DNA of 37,450 nucleotides from Octopus sinensis (Eukaryota), in contig NW_021828044.1 in the NCBI RefSeq assembly GCF_006345805.1, forward strand, positions 1 through 37,450. The letters are read 5' to 3'. The notes below the pieces were generated by a model. It searched no databases. It was not told the DNA's origin and saw nothing but the letters and a program-made list of their open reading frames with translations. Positions 11,850 through 23,879 of this stretch are shown here, one piece after another; position 1 is the stretch's first letter, and each line of letters starts with the position of its first letter. Made by a program: the position numbers and the translations under genes.

Positions 11850-11850
11850 T
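11607..11850. repeat. Compound (GATA)/(GACA)/(GGAC) satellite
   Basis: Directly visible; shares a GGAC module with 10300-10380. Confidence 0.95.
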
Positions 11851-12542
11851 GCACATACATGTATGTGTGCATTTTTGTTTATATGTACATGGGTGAGTCA
11901 AAGTAATGCAAGCAAAACTCGCGTTACTGTCTGACTCACCTCTGTATGTTTTTACATACGTATACACACATGTGGATAGACAGACAGATATACATAGATA
12001 CATGAATAATAAACAGGTTAAGAAATTTTAGTGTCCACTTGACAAATAACAATATTCTGCTGTTACAAGAGATGATGAAATTCATTCAAGTTTACTCAAT
12101 AATCCGACCAGCAAGGGAACTCTCTACGCCGACTCTCAATATTTCAAGAGATTGCAACCAAATCACCCTTAAAATCACAACTTATCGTGTTAAAAATAGT
12201 GAAGACACATTCAGGAATACTTCCACAATAAATACCTCAGTTAGTTCGCTCCCCGCAAAAACATTAAGAGAAAAATAAAGGGAGAAAGAAACGGAAGAGG
12301 TTTTGCCTCGCGATAAGTAACAAGTTATATCCCCCCATTACTACGCAAATCAAAAGACCGGAAGAAATGCAATTACATTCAGCATTATAATCTTAGAAAT
12401 TTAAACATGTAATGTACTCCTTGTAGTTCGCTATCATAAGGCAGACAGCGTAGGAAGTTTGAAATTGGAGGCAGGGCTGGAAGTTTGAAATTTAAATCAA
12501 AAAGTAAAGCTTTATAGAATATATACATTTGATATTACTTTT

Positions 12543-12967
12543 GGATCTTTTCGGTTTGAACGGCAGTTTTTAACATAATTTCTAGGTAACTAAAAAATTT
12601 TAAACTTCGTATAATGGTAGAATGTGTTTGTAAAACATCTTTTTCTCTTGGCTTTATTGAGAAAATTCTATAGTTTGTAAGATACTTGTTTTTTTTTTCT
12701 TCAATTTCTGCAATTTCAACCAATCACTGACGTATTTGAGGTAAAAAACATTCTGTGCCGTATGAATATGTCACTCGTTTAAGAAACAGATGGGATTTAT
12801 TTACATTTCTGAAGAAAAATAAATACCCTTCCCCCTAACCCTAACCTTAACTAACCCTAACCCTAAAACAGATTGAAATGCAAAAGATCGATACTAGGGT
12901 CATAATTATGGGTGACAATTTCATATGACACCGCTAGAAAAAACTGCCGTTCAAACCGAAAAGATCC
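12543..12967. mobile_element. MITE with 29-bp TIRs and 8-bp TSD (Merlin-like), carrying internal CCCTAA repeats
   Basis: TIR ggatcttttcggtttgaacggcagttttt and perfect TSD ttactttt at 12535-12542 and 12968-12975. Confidence 0.9.
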
Positions 12968-13284
12968 TTACTTTTTGCTATACATTATAAAGATCTTAAA
13001 ATTTCCAATCGTTGGTAGCCATGTATAGCACTATTTCGTCCTTATTTGGAAGCGTCTGCACGGTATAACCTGAGGCAAATAAATTCAGCTCGGTTAAACA
13101 TTCTTATAGAGGGAAAACAGTTTACAGTTTACAAAGCACATCTCAAGAAAACTTTTCATTAGAACAAATGATGGAAAGTGGAGGAAATTGCTTTAAACTA
13201 ACTGGAATTTCAAGAAAATTTAGGAGTGTAATTTATGGTAATATGAATAATGAATGAACGCAGTGTAACCAGAGAACTACATTG

Positions 13285-13630
13285 AGAAATCTTTAAAACG
13301 AGTCATTAAAAGTGTAACAATAAAGAACACTCACAAACAAGTCTTTAAAAACGAACCCTTACAAAACATACTAATAGCGAAGCCTTACAAACAAATCTTA
13401 AGAAAACACGCCATAAAAAAAATGTCGTAAATAAAATCATGTCACAAAATGAAATCATAAAAATGTTAATAAAGAAATCATGAACAGAAATCTTAAAAAC
13501 AAGTCTTAAAAACAAATATTCCGAACTAGTTAAAACTAGTCTTGAACGCCTTAAAAGTCAGTCGTAAAAGCATCTTTAAAAAAGCTAGTATATATACAGA
13601 AGTCTTAAAAAGTAAATATAAGAACATTAT
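13285..13630. repeat. Old degenerate A-rich minisatellite built on gtcttaaaaa-like motifs
   Basis: More than 10 irregularly spaced variants of (g/a)tc(t/a)taaaa; similar motifs at 14340-14470. Confidence 0.5.
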
Positions 13631-13927
13631 TTAAAAGAAAAAAAAAACTCATAATGATTTCATACACTGGCACAACGCAAAAATTTGTCTTTTCGGGGAG
13701 GTAGGGAGCACGTGATTTTATTGACCCTTCTGTTTTAGCAATTAACATTCATCGACCTTGAAAGAATGAAAAGTAAGATCTACCACTGCGCTGTTCGAAC
13801 ACTGGACGTAAAGTAATGTAACACTATACCACAAATTCTTTTGTCCGACGTTGTCAATCAACCACATATAAACGCCTGAAGAGAATTTTTGAAATATCTG
13901 AAAAGCAACTTTGGATAACAGAGTGTA

Positions 13928-14089
13928 TAGGCACAGGCGTGATGGTTGTGTGGTAAGAAGCTTGCTTCACAACCATATGGTTCCGGGTTCAGACCCACTG
14001 CGTGGCACCTTGATTAAATGTCTTATATAGCCTTTGGCCGACTAATGCCTTGTAAGTGGATTTAGGAGACGGAAACTGAAAGAAGCCCG

Positions 14090-14128
<39 letters not shown>

Positions 14129-14288
14129 ACTGGTGTGTTTACGTCCCCGTAACTTAGCGATTCGGCCAAAACCCTGATAGAATAAGTACCAGGCTTAACA
14201 AAAAAGTACTGGGGTCGATTCGTTCGACTGAAAAAGGACTATTCAAGGTGGTGCTCCGACATGGCCGCAGTCTATTGCCTGAAACAAG
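13928..14288 (+). mobile_element. Dominant SINE, full length, with central (TG)n
   Basis: tRNA-like head (ggttgtgtggtaagaag...gggttcagaccc), gaaactgaaagaagccc core, tail ggtggtgctccgacatggccgcag...gaaacaag. Confidence 0.85.
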
Positions 14289-14574
14289 TTAAAGCTAAAA
14301 TTGTTAAAATTGTTAAAATTGTTAAAATTGTTAAAACAAGTCCAAAAACAAATCGAAAAAATAATTATATTAAAACAAGTTTTTAAAAAGTACATAAGGT
14401 AAAAAGCTGGCCTTTAAAAAAATGCTTGAATCAAGTCTTAATGGACTGTCTTAAATTTTAAAAGTCATTCGCTTAATAAGTGGGGTATCTTCTCGCTTGC
14501 TCCACCTAGAAACACATTACACTGTACCGAAAAAGAAAACGAAACATTGATTGTTGTCCATCATTTGTGAACAC

Positions 14575-14710
14575 AGCATGGCCTAATGGTTCAGAAGATT
14601 GCTTCATAATCAGAAGGTTCTAGTTTCGACCCCACTGCTTGATATCTTAGTCAAGTATTTTCTATTGTTGCCTTAGATTGATTCGAGCCTTATGTATGAG
14701 TGTGAGAATG
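14575..14710 (+). mobile_element. Degenerate SINE 5' half
   Basis: atggcctaatggtt...tagtttcgaccccactg...gccttatgtatgagtg. Confidence 0.45.
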
Positions 14711-14934
14711 GGCGTAGCTGGAGAATATATTTTTATAATTCAAATTCAATTGCTGACAAGGCAACAGTATTTCGTTTTGTTACCTTAATACACAACTAGT
14801 TATAGTATAGATTTATTAAGTCAAAACTGTGTATTAACAGTGCTTTAATTTCATTTTAAGTTTATCGCTATAGATTTTTTTATAGAATTCAATGCCAGCA
14901 CTGTTTGTTATGGCTTTCGTAAATAAATACATCT

Positions 14935-15195
14935 GTGTAAACAATGCAATCGAAGATAGAAAAAGATGTATAGGTGTATATGAATATCTCGAAGATTATT
15001 GTCCTCTCGTCAGCACCTCATTCAACCTATCACTATCCACGAACACATTGTTGAAATACCTTCTAGTTTTAGCAGTGTAATATCACTGGATAGACCAATT
15101 AGCATATTAAACACATCCCTGGTAACTGGACGAGGTACCGATGAGAGGACAATGCTCGAAATACCCATTATCTGTCTTCGATCGCATTATTTACT
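14935..15195. repeat. Old degenerate inverted repeat; each arm carries a hammerhead-like core
   Basis: attgtcctctcgtcagcacctcattca aligns with the reverse complement attgtcctctcatcggtacctcgtcca; the outer segments gtaaa(c/t)aatgc(a/g)atcgaaga(t/c)aga also match. Confidence 0.65.
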
Positions 15196-15300
15196 TTAAT
15201 CTTTAGAGACAACCCAGTAATCCAATCGTACAGCTTTACCTGCCACAGGCACCACCCAAAGTCTACTTCAGGATTACGTTAAAAGTTTTCATGTCATTCT

Positions 15301-15508
15301 CTCTCTTTTATCTCTTATTTGTTTCAGTCATTTGACTGCAGCCATGCTGGAGCACCGCCTTTAATCGAGCAACTCGACCCCGGGACTTATTCTTTTGTAA
15401 GCCCAGTACTTATTTTATCGGTCCCTTTTGCCGAACTGCTAAGTAACGGGGACATAAACACACCAGCATCGGTTGTCAAGTGATGTTGGGGGGACAAACA
15501 CAGACACA

Positions 15509-15575
<67 letters not shown>

Positions 15576-15733
15576 GACGGGCTTCTTTCAGTTTCCGTCT
15601 ACCAAATCCACTCACAAGGTTTTGGTCGGCCCGAGACTATAGTAGAAGACACTTGCCCAAGGTGCCACACAGTGGGACTGAACCCAGAACCATGTGGTTG
15701 GTAAACAAGCTACTTACCACACAGCCACTCCTG
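15301..15733 (-). mobile_element. Dominant SINE, full length, with central (CA)(TA)n
   Basis: Reverse complement of the 24146-24544 family along its whole length. Confidence 0.9.
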
Positions 15734-15849
15734 TCAGTGGAATATTCATTCACTTACACTCTATTTAACTTACACTCTATTCTGTTGATCGAGCCACAGA
15801 ATCCTCATTGTCAAAACCAATAGGGATCCAATTACAATTCCTCATCGAA

Positions 15850-16002
15850 GGACCGCGGTTTCGATTCCCAGACCGGGCGTTGTGTGTGTTTATTGAGCGA
15901 AAACACCTAAAGCTCCACGAGGCTCCGGCAGGGGGTGGTGACGACCCCTGTTGTACTCTTTCGCTCCAAATTTCTCTCTCACTCTTTCTTCCTGTTTCTT
16001 GT
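15850..16002 (+). mobile_element. Partial tRNA-derived SINE, third family
   Basis: B box ggtttcgattccc; homologous to the reverse complement of 31860-32000. Confidence 0.75.
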
Positions 16003-16732
16003 CCCCGACTTCCTGCGCAACCGCTGAGCCTGGATGCGCATTCATCCATCCGTCGATGCTCTCGGTGTCGGGTGTTGACCTGCTTTCTCTTCTGCTGGTC
16101 TTACGAATAGCAAAGTACCACGTTTCGGACTTCTCCCACTATAGACAATCCTGAGACGCGATCTTGCGAGCTCTATGACGAAGACCGCTTCGCTCAACAG
16201 CAACAGCAACATCAGCAGGAACAGCAACAGCAACAGCAACAACAACGGCAATTGTAATTTGAGGTAGGCATCTATGTGGTCATTCGACTACCTAGAAATA
16301 CCAACCACATTTCATTCAGATCACACCCTGCTCATTAAAGGGGGACGGAATGGTCTCACTTCAACGCCTTTCCTTCGATAAAGAGATGACTTGGGGCTAA
16401 ACACCATCAGCAACAACAACAGCAGCAGTATCTCTGTATTGTATTTACTTGCACTCCTTTTTTGCCATAGTGATACTACCTGCCTATTGACGATGCGTAT
16501 CCATTACAAACCCTTGCTGCGATAACAGTGTGCCTGTTAATGACACACATTGCTGGGTGTAACGTTAACAATAGCAACTACATGGCCTTACTACTCCCAG
16601 TGTTTTCACTAAATGTTGTTACCTGATATCTACGATCCCACCTCCGTCACACTAGTAAATTTACGTTAAGGAAATTACAAGGCTATAGGATAAGAGGAAA
16701 ATCTTAACTTAGTTCAAAAGCTATAATAAAGA

Positions 16733-17119
16733 AAAAAAATGCTTTCTAATCGATGTATCGATAGCAACAGATGACAACGTTTCTCTAAAAGGAACGGAGA
16801 AACTTTCAAAATACAATTATCTGGAATTAGAGGTAACTCGAATGTGGAGTCTAAAAACAAAAAAAAAACAATTCCTATCATAGTAGGTGCATTAGGTATA
16901 ATAAAAGAAAATATTCAGACAAATACATAACAAAAACACCAGGACTAACAAGTATATATAACATACAGAAAATAACACCACTAGGCACCGCACACATCCT
17001 ACGTAAAACACTTTCAATACAGTGAAGATAAGAACACCGTAATAAACAACAACACATATCCAATGAACATAGAGCTGCGCTCGGTAATACAGTGAAAGCA
17101 CGTGATAAAAATAAGCCTA

Positions 17120-17124
<5 letters not shown>
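16733..17124 (+). mobile_element. Older Dong/R4 3' fragment
   Basis: Homologous to 18485-18870 (CFLIDVSI...VGALG region plus 3' UTR ending ctactg), followed by (AAT)n. Confidence 0.85.
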
Positions 17125-17157
<33 letters not shown>

Positions 17158-17159
17158 TG

Positions 17160-17192
<33 letters not shown>

Positions 17193-17227
17193 TAATAATA
17201 TAATAATAATAATAATAATAATAATAA
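17125..17227. repeat. (TAA)n microsatellite
   Basis: Directly visible; lies between the two Dong copies. Confidence 0.95.
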
Positions 17228-18772
17228 CTAGTTAAGAGTAACAACATCACACTAGATAAAACCAATGAAATAAAAGAATTAGACCAAAGCCAAACTTACA
17301 AATACTTAGGAATCCATGAACTAGATAAGACACAACACACACAAATGAAAGAGAAAATAAAAAAAGAATATTATAGACGAGTTAGATCAATACTAAAAAC
17401 AGAGCTCAATGCTAAAAACAAGATAATAGGTATCAACACTTTAGCTGTCCCAGTTATAAGTTACAGCTACAATATCCTTAACTGGACACGAAATGAACTG
17501 TCCAAAATAGATAGGAAAACAAGAAAAATAATGACAGGATCTAGGATACATCACCCAAAATCTGACATAGAAAGACTATATATACAACGTATAGAAGGTG
17601 GTAGAGGCCTTATACAGCTGGAAAACTACTATAAAATAACCACCATAGGACTGCAAAAATATCTACTTCAGAAGGAAGGAAAACTGATCCAGATAGCAGC
17701 AAAACACGAGCAAAACAAAAAACTGTTCTCAGTATTTAAGAAGCTGACAAATACAAACAAGAAATCATACCACCTAATAAACATGAAGAAGAAGAAGAGA
17801 AGAAGAAGAAGAAGAAGAAGAAGAAGAAGAAGAAGAAGAAGAGAGAAGAAGAAGAGAAGAAGAAGAAGAAAGAAGAAGAAGAAGAAGAAGAAGAAGAAGA
17901 AAGAAGAAGAAGAAGAAGAAGAAGAAGATGAAGAAACAACAAAAGCTATAAAACAAATGAAATCCAAACTAAAAATAGAACAGCAACGAACCATGATAAA
18001 ACGATGGCAAGAAAAGCCCCTTCATGGTAAATACTGGACTAAACTAAACGCAAAAGAAATAGACAAAGAAAAATCCCAGCAATGGTTGAGAAGCTCAGGA
18101 CTCAAAGCAGAAACAGAGGGATTTTTAATTGCAGCACAAGACCAAAGCCTCCCCACCAGAAATTACCAAAAACATGTAATGAAAAGAAACATTACAAGTA
18201 ACTGCAGAATATGTGGAGATGGACAAGAAACAATAAATCATATTATCTCTAGCTGCCCAGTCCTGGCTAAGAAGGAATATATTCACAGACATGACAGAGT
18301 TGGAACCTACATACATTGGAAGCTATGCCAACATTATGGAATAACAACAGAAAAAAGATGGTATAGGCACACACCAGAAAAGGTCACAGAAAACGAGAAA
18401 GCAACCATACTCTGGGATATGCCGATACACACAGATAGAGAAATTAAGGCCAACAGACCAGATATAGTTGTCAGAGATCATGAAGAAAAAAAATGCTTTC
18501 TAATTGATGTATCAATACCGGCAGATGACAACGTGTCTCTAAAAGAAATGGAGAAACTCTCAAAATACAAAGACCTGGAAATAGAGGTAACTAGAATGTG
18601 GAATCTGAAAACAGAAACAATTCCTATCATAGTAGGTGCATTAGGCATGATAAAAAAATATTCAGACAAATACATAACAAAAACACCAGGACTTACAAAC
18701 ACATATAACATATAGAAAATTGCACTACTAGGCACTGCACACATCCTACGCAGAACACTTTCCATACAATAA
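17228..18772 (+). pseudogene. Dong/R4 ORF fragment: RT C-terminus, CCHC finger and PD-(D/E)xK endonuclease
   Basis: YKYLG, EGGRGL, AAQDQ, CRICGDGQETINHIISSC, RHD, NRPDIV and EKLSKY. Premature TAG at 18713-18715, then KIALLGTAHILRRTLSIQ to TAA at 18770-18772. Confidence 0.9.
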
Positions 18773-18866
18773 CCATCAGAGCATCACAACAAATCACAGC
18801 ACATACCCAAGGCACACAGAGCTGCGCTAGGTAGTGAAGTGAAAGCACGCTATAAAAATAAAACTA

Positions 18867-18870
<4 letters not shown>
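17228..18870 (+). mobile_element. 5'-truncated Dong/R4-clade retrotransposon (restriction-like endonuclease) in (TAA)n
   Basis: (TAA)n on both sides and R4-clade protein motifs; Dong elements are established TAA-repeat targeters. Confidence 0.9.
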
Positions 18871-18934
<64 letters not shown>

Positions 18935-18954
18935 TAATAATGACGATGATGATG

Positions 18955-19166
18955 ATTTCAAATTTTGGCTCAAGGGCAGCAATTTTGTGGGAAGGGGTAA
19001 GTCGATTACAGCAACCCCAGTGCTCAACTGGTACTTATTTTATCGACCCGAAAGGATGAAAGGCAAAATCGACCTCGGCGGAATTTGACCTCGGAATGTA
19101 AAGACGGATGAAATTCTGCTAAGCATTTTTCCCGGCGTACTAACGTTTCTGCCAGCTCGCCGCCTT
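18955..19166 (-). mobile_element. tRNA-derived SINE, fourth family
   Basis: Reverse complement begins aaggcggcgagctggcagaaacgttag and has a B-box-like ggtcaaattcc; homologous to 22066-22446. Confidence 0.8.
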
Positions 19167-19183
19167 AATAATGATAATAACAA

Positions 19184-19226
<43 letters not shown>

Positions 19227-19250
19227 GTTGTTTTGTTGTTAATAATAATA

Positions 19251-19296
<46 letters not shown>

Positions 19297-19299
<3 letters not shown>

Positions 19300-19772
19300 G
19301 ATGCAGTACCAGGCAGTGGCTCTCATGGCTTCTGATCTTAACTGATTGGAAGTGTTATCATGTACATGGTTTTGTCTTGGTATAAAAGATGTGCTCAATA
19401 CCACATATTTGCTTGTCAGTTATTTGACCTTAACCAGTTGACCATATCCCTTAGTGGCTGACGACATGTGTACGTGTTGAGAGGAATTCTTTAGGGTTTG
19501 GATAAATCTCCTTTGAAAACATGGGTTAAACAACCCTTATTCAGGGACCTTTTGAGTGGTATGGGTTCCTCCACCTGAAGAAAATTCTAACAGGCCCCAC
19601 CGGCAGGGTCATGCGCAGTTTATCTTGATATAAGGTCACCATGTCCTGCACATATGGTTGTGATGCATGTGCCTGGTGTGCCCTTATCAAACAGGGAGTC
19701 ATGATGGGTATGCTGGGCTTCGTATCTTTATACCCCAATGTCACTTTGATGGCATGCATTGCTCTTTCACGT
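19297..19772 (+). mobile_element. Non-coding (AAT)n-flanked retroposon-like element, copy 1 (diverged)
   Basis: Homologous to 25254-25733, 33252-33752 and 34787-35287, with (AAT)n on both sides. Confidence 0.75.
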
Positions 19773-19929
19773 AATAATAATAATAACAATAATAATAATA
19801 ATAATAATAATAATTTGGCTCAAGACGATGTATGAACACAAATGTTTTGTTTATAGTGGTGAAATGCTCGTGCCGCATATCAGCTCTTCTTTCCATCAAA
19901 TCGACGTTGTTTGAACATGCGCAGTGTGC

Positions 19930-20077
19930 CACGCGTCAGGTGTTGAAGTGATCGCAGGTCGATACGAGATGAATTATTTTGCTCCAGAAAACAACACATT
20001 ATTACCCAGACTAGGAACTGAAATCACGATCTAGCGATGTTTGGTGCAACACCCCGAACTGTCAGGCCATGCATCCT
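19930..20077 (-). mobile_element. Degenerate SINE head of the 8631 family
   Basis: ttgctccagaaaacaacaca...ggaactgaaatcacgatc...ggccatgcatcctt resembles the reverse complement of 8631-8760. Confidence 0.5.
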
Positions 20078-20155
20078 TAGAAGAAGAAGAAGAAGAAGAA
20101 GAAGAAGAAGAAGAAGAAGAAGAAGAAGAAGAAGAAGAAGAAGAAGAAGAAGAAA
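20078..20155. repeat. (GAA)n microsatellite
   Basis: Directly visible. Confidence 0.95.
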
Positions 20156-21086
20156 ATTGAATGATGAACTGCGATATATAATAAAACACATTGACTGTCT
20201 ATTGAACTGAGCAATATTTCGACAGAACGCCTGTCTTTTTCAGATTCAAAATAGAACGAAGAATACTTAAAAATGCCTTTCAAAATTTCGACTATTCTGC
20301 ATTACATCACACATAAAAAAATCATCAAAATATTTAGGATCCTACACTAAATGTCTTAATTCAATTGGGAAATATTCGTAACCCTGTCTTCTTCGCTCAA
20401 TTGTCTCCTCCCTCTTTGACTATTTGCTCAATTGTAGCAGTAGAGAGATATTTTTCTAATATTTCTCAATTCAGTCGAAAGTTAAGAAACAAATATTCAC
20501 AAAACCGTGTACATTTTCATTCAGGGTCTCTTTTATTTGGACCTGTATATTTTTGCATTAAACAGTGAAAGAAATAACTTTAAATCCTTCATTTTCTTTA
20601 ATATTCGAGAATTAAACTTTTTCATGCTCTCATTATCTTTCCCGTAGTTATTTTCGCTATTGGAATTTGATACATCCTGGTCAAGGTTCACCACATGGCA
20701 TGTTTTTTTACATTTTTGTTTACTGCAACCTACTATCCTACAAATTAAGAATCGCAGACAACTAAAAATGAAGGTAATGCCGCTTATGAAAATGGTGAAA
20801 TGTTTTCCGTTTCCTTGAAGAGTTAAAAAATCTATTATGTTACGTCAAACTTTTTGTTAACTAATACTAAAACACATTTTAATAACGCTTTAATTTTGTC
20901 ATTATTTTTCACGAATTTGATTTTATAGCGAAGCCGCCGTTCATTTCAAATATTTTTTTCAAGTTTGACTCGGTCTTTAAGTCACTCTTTTATGTCACCC
21001 TGTTGTATTACTTCATCATGTTCTTTATTATGATACTCGAGGGACAATTAAATTTGTGAAAGTGATTCGCACCATTGTACAATTAG

Positions 21087-21499
21087 GGATCTTTTCGGTT
21101 GGAACGGCAGTTTTTAATATAATTTCTAGGTAACTAAAAAATTTTAAACTTCGTATACTGGTAGAATGTGTTTATAAAACATCTTTTTCTCTTCGTTTTA
21201 TTGAGAAAATTCTATAGTTTGTAAGATATTTGTTGTTGTTTTTCTTCAATTTCTGCAATTTCAACCAATAACTGACGTCTATTGAGTTAAAAAGCATTCT
21301 GTGCCGTATGAATATGTCCCTCGTTTAAGAAACAGATTGGGTTTATTTACAAGAAAAAAGATACCCTTCCCCCACCCCTAACCCTAACCCTAACCCTAAA
21401 AGAGATTGAAATGCAATAGATCGATTCTAGGGTCATAATTATGGGTGACAATTTCATATGACACCGCTAGAAAAACTGCCGTTCAAACCGAAAAGATCC
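21087..21499. mobile_element. Second copy of the Merlin-like MITE, with (CCCTAA)4
   Basis: Same TIRs (one mismatch) and TSD acaattag / aaaattag (7 of 8). Confidence 0.9.
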
Positions 21500-21793
21500 A
21501 AAATTAGTGTTCTAAATCGTGAAATAAGGAGTTGATAATTGTTTTACTAACTATAATATTTTAATATTTTTTTCAACCGAATATAAACGTTGTGCTTACA
21601 AAAATAGAAAGCAAAAATACAACGATTTATTTTCAAAAAGCTGGCCACTAATTTAAGTTTTGTGTGGGTAGCAGCAGATATCCCGCTAGTATTTATTATT
21701 ATATCTATCGGTTAATATCTATCCATATATGCAGGTGTTTGTATGTATATACATGAATGCGAATCTGTACGCATACACACACAAACACACACA

Positions 21794-21838
<45 letters not shown>

Positions 21839-22065
21839 ATATATATATATATGTACGTATGTATGTGTGCGTGTGCATATGTATGTAAAGATGCATGGGC
21901 GTATGTATGTATGCATGTAAATGTTAATGGGCATATATTGTACAAAATATCAATGGGGATGGGGACGCAATCCTTCTGATATAAGAGAACCTCTATCTGG
22001 GAACAATTTTGTAACTTAGTGGATCCAAAAGCACTATTAACATCATGGTTATTTGCCTGCCCTCG

Positions 22066-22446
22066 AGGCGGCGAGCTGGCAGAAACGTTAGCACGCCGGG
22101 CGAAATGCATAGCCGTATTTCGTCTGCCATTACGTTCTGAGTTCAAGTTCCACCGAGGTCGACTTTGCCTTTCATCCTTTCGGGGACGATGTAATCGACT
22201 TAATCCCTTTGTCTGTCCTTGTTTGTCCCCTCTATGTTTAGCCCCTTGTGGGCAGTAAAGAAATGTCTTTCGTCTGCCGTTACGTTCTGAGTTCAAATTC
22301 CGCTGTGGTCGACTTTGCCTTTCATCTTTTCGGGGTCGATTAAATAAGTACCAGTTACGTACTAGGGTCGATATAATCGACTTAATCCCTTTGTCTGTCC
22401 TTGTTTGTCCCCTCTGTGTTTAGCCCTTTGTGAGCAGTAAAGAAAT
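22066..22446 (+). mobile_element. Tandem dimer of the fourth SINE family
   Basis: Unit 1 at about 22066-22265 has an internal deletion; unit 2 at about 22269-22446 is 5'-truncated. Confidence 0.8.
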
Positions 22447-23108
22447 ATTTGCCTTCCCTCTAAGTCGTTCTCCGACTTAGAGGAGTATTCTTAAAGCAGT
22501 ACAACCCACTCACTGGGAGATAATATCGGTGAAATGCTACAGCTACTACTGCGGCTACCACTGCTGACGATAATGAGACGAAGAGCGAGTAGAGAAAGGT
22601 GAACAAGAGAAAGAGGAGAAAGAAAATAAGAGAAAGTGGAGGGAAATGGTGGAAGAAGAGGTGAATGAGAAGTATTGCTGCTTCTGTTGCTGTTGATGAT
22701 GATGATGATAGATAAAAGTGAGGATGTAAATGATGGTGGTTGTCCTCTAGTGATAAACGATAACGGTGAAGATAAATAAATAATAATCAGTTTGATAAAC
22801 CAAACACATAATCTCAATTAGCACCAATTAAGAAAGCAATGGGCTGACCAGCCATGAGGGGAAACAGAAGATGCTAAAAATATGTCTCTCTCTTCCCTCT
22901 CTCTCTCACTCTCGTTGTGTGTGTGTGTGTGTATGATATGTATTCGTAGATATACACATGTGCGAGTTAGCATGTGTGGATCCGTAATGTCTATGAAAAC
23001 AAAGGTGAAAATATTTAAGGAGAAAACAAGGGGGTGAAACGGAGAACCCCGCGAAAAAAGTATTCCCAGCTCTCGGCGCCCGAAAGAGGAGAGAGAATTA
23101 CGGAAATG

Positions 23109-23168
<60 letters not shown>

Positions 23169-23313
23169 TTTTTTCCCAGAAGTCAAACACATAGTTATAA
23201 ACAAACGACATACGAGTATATTAAATATACTCAATGCACAGACGCACGGAGAACAAGCACAGGTTGCCAATTTTTCCTCAGTTATCGACAAAGGTCTCCA
23301 GCGCAATTTCATG

Positions 23314-23350
<37 letters not shown>

Positions 23351-23358
23351 ATATATAT

Positions 23359-23451
23359 AAGAATAAGTCCTGGGGTCGTTTTGCTCGACTAAAGGCGGTG
23401 CTCCAGGATGGCCGCAGTTAAATGACTGGAACAAGTAAAAGAGTAAAGAGT
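23359..23451 (+). mobile_element. SINE 3' tail fragment
   Basis: aaggcggtgctccaggatggccgcagttaaatgactggaacaagtaaaagag. Confidence 0.8.
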
Positions 23452-23456
23452 ATCTA

Positions 23457-23531
<75 letters not shown>

Positions 23532-23879
23532 TGCTGTCTCTTGCAAAGGTAATTACGCCAATAATATACACACGCACTGGTTCAATATCCACTTCTTTAT
23601 TATTACTCAGTTTCTTGTTAAATATCTAACCAACTAACTAATCGATCATTTGTTTAATGTGTTGGTTTAACAACCAATCGATTCCCAAAATCTTTTTAAT
23701 CGCTATTCGCAACCTCATCAGTTACATACCTTTTTTCAAGGTTTGTCAGGAATCTCAAGGTTGACTCAAGACAGACTTAAAGCTCTCCTTATTATTCATT
23801 TTTTTCTGAATACATACATACACACACATGCGTATGTATTTTTGTTTGTATGTACGTTTTATTTAGTATGTATTTCTTA

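Noticed and set aside
12000-12540. Host gene exons in the unique-looking stretches (also 16440-16730, 20160-21080 and 23540-23800)
   Set aside because: Hand translation gave only short frames with stops, weak splice sites and no recognisable domains
12833-12866. True telomere or chromosome-fusion relic
   Set aside because: Only a few units, at the same internal position in two MITE copies, so they are element-borne
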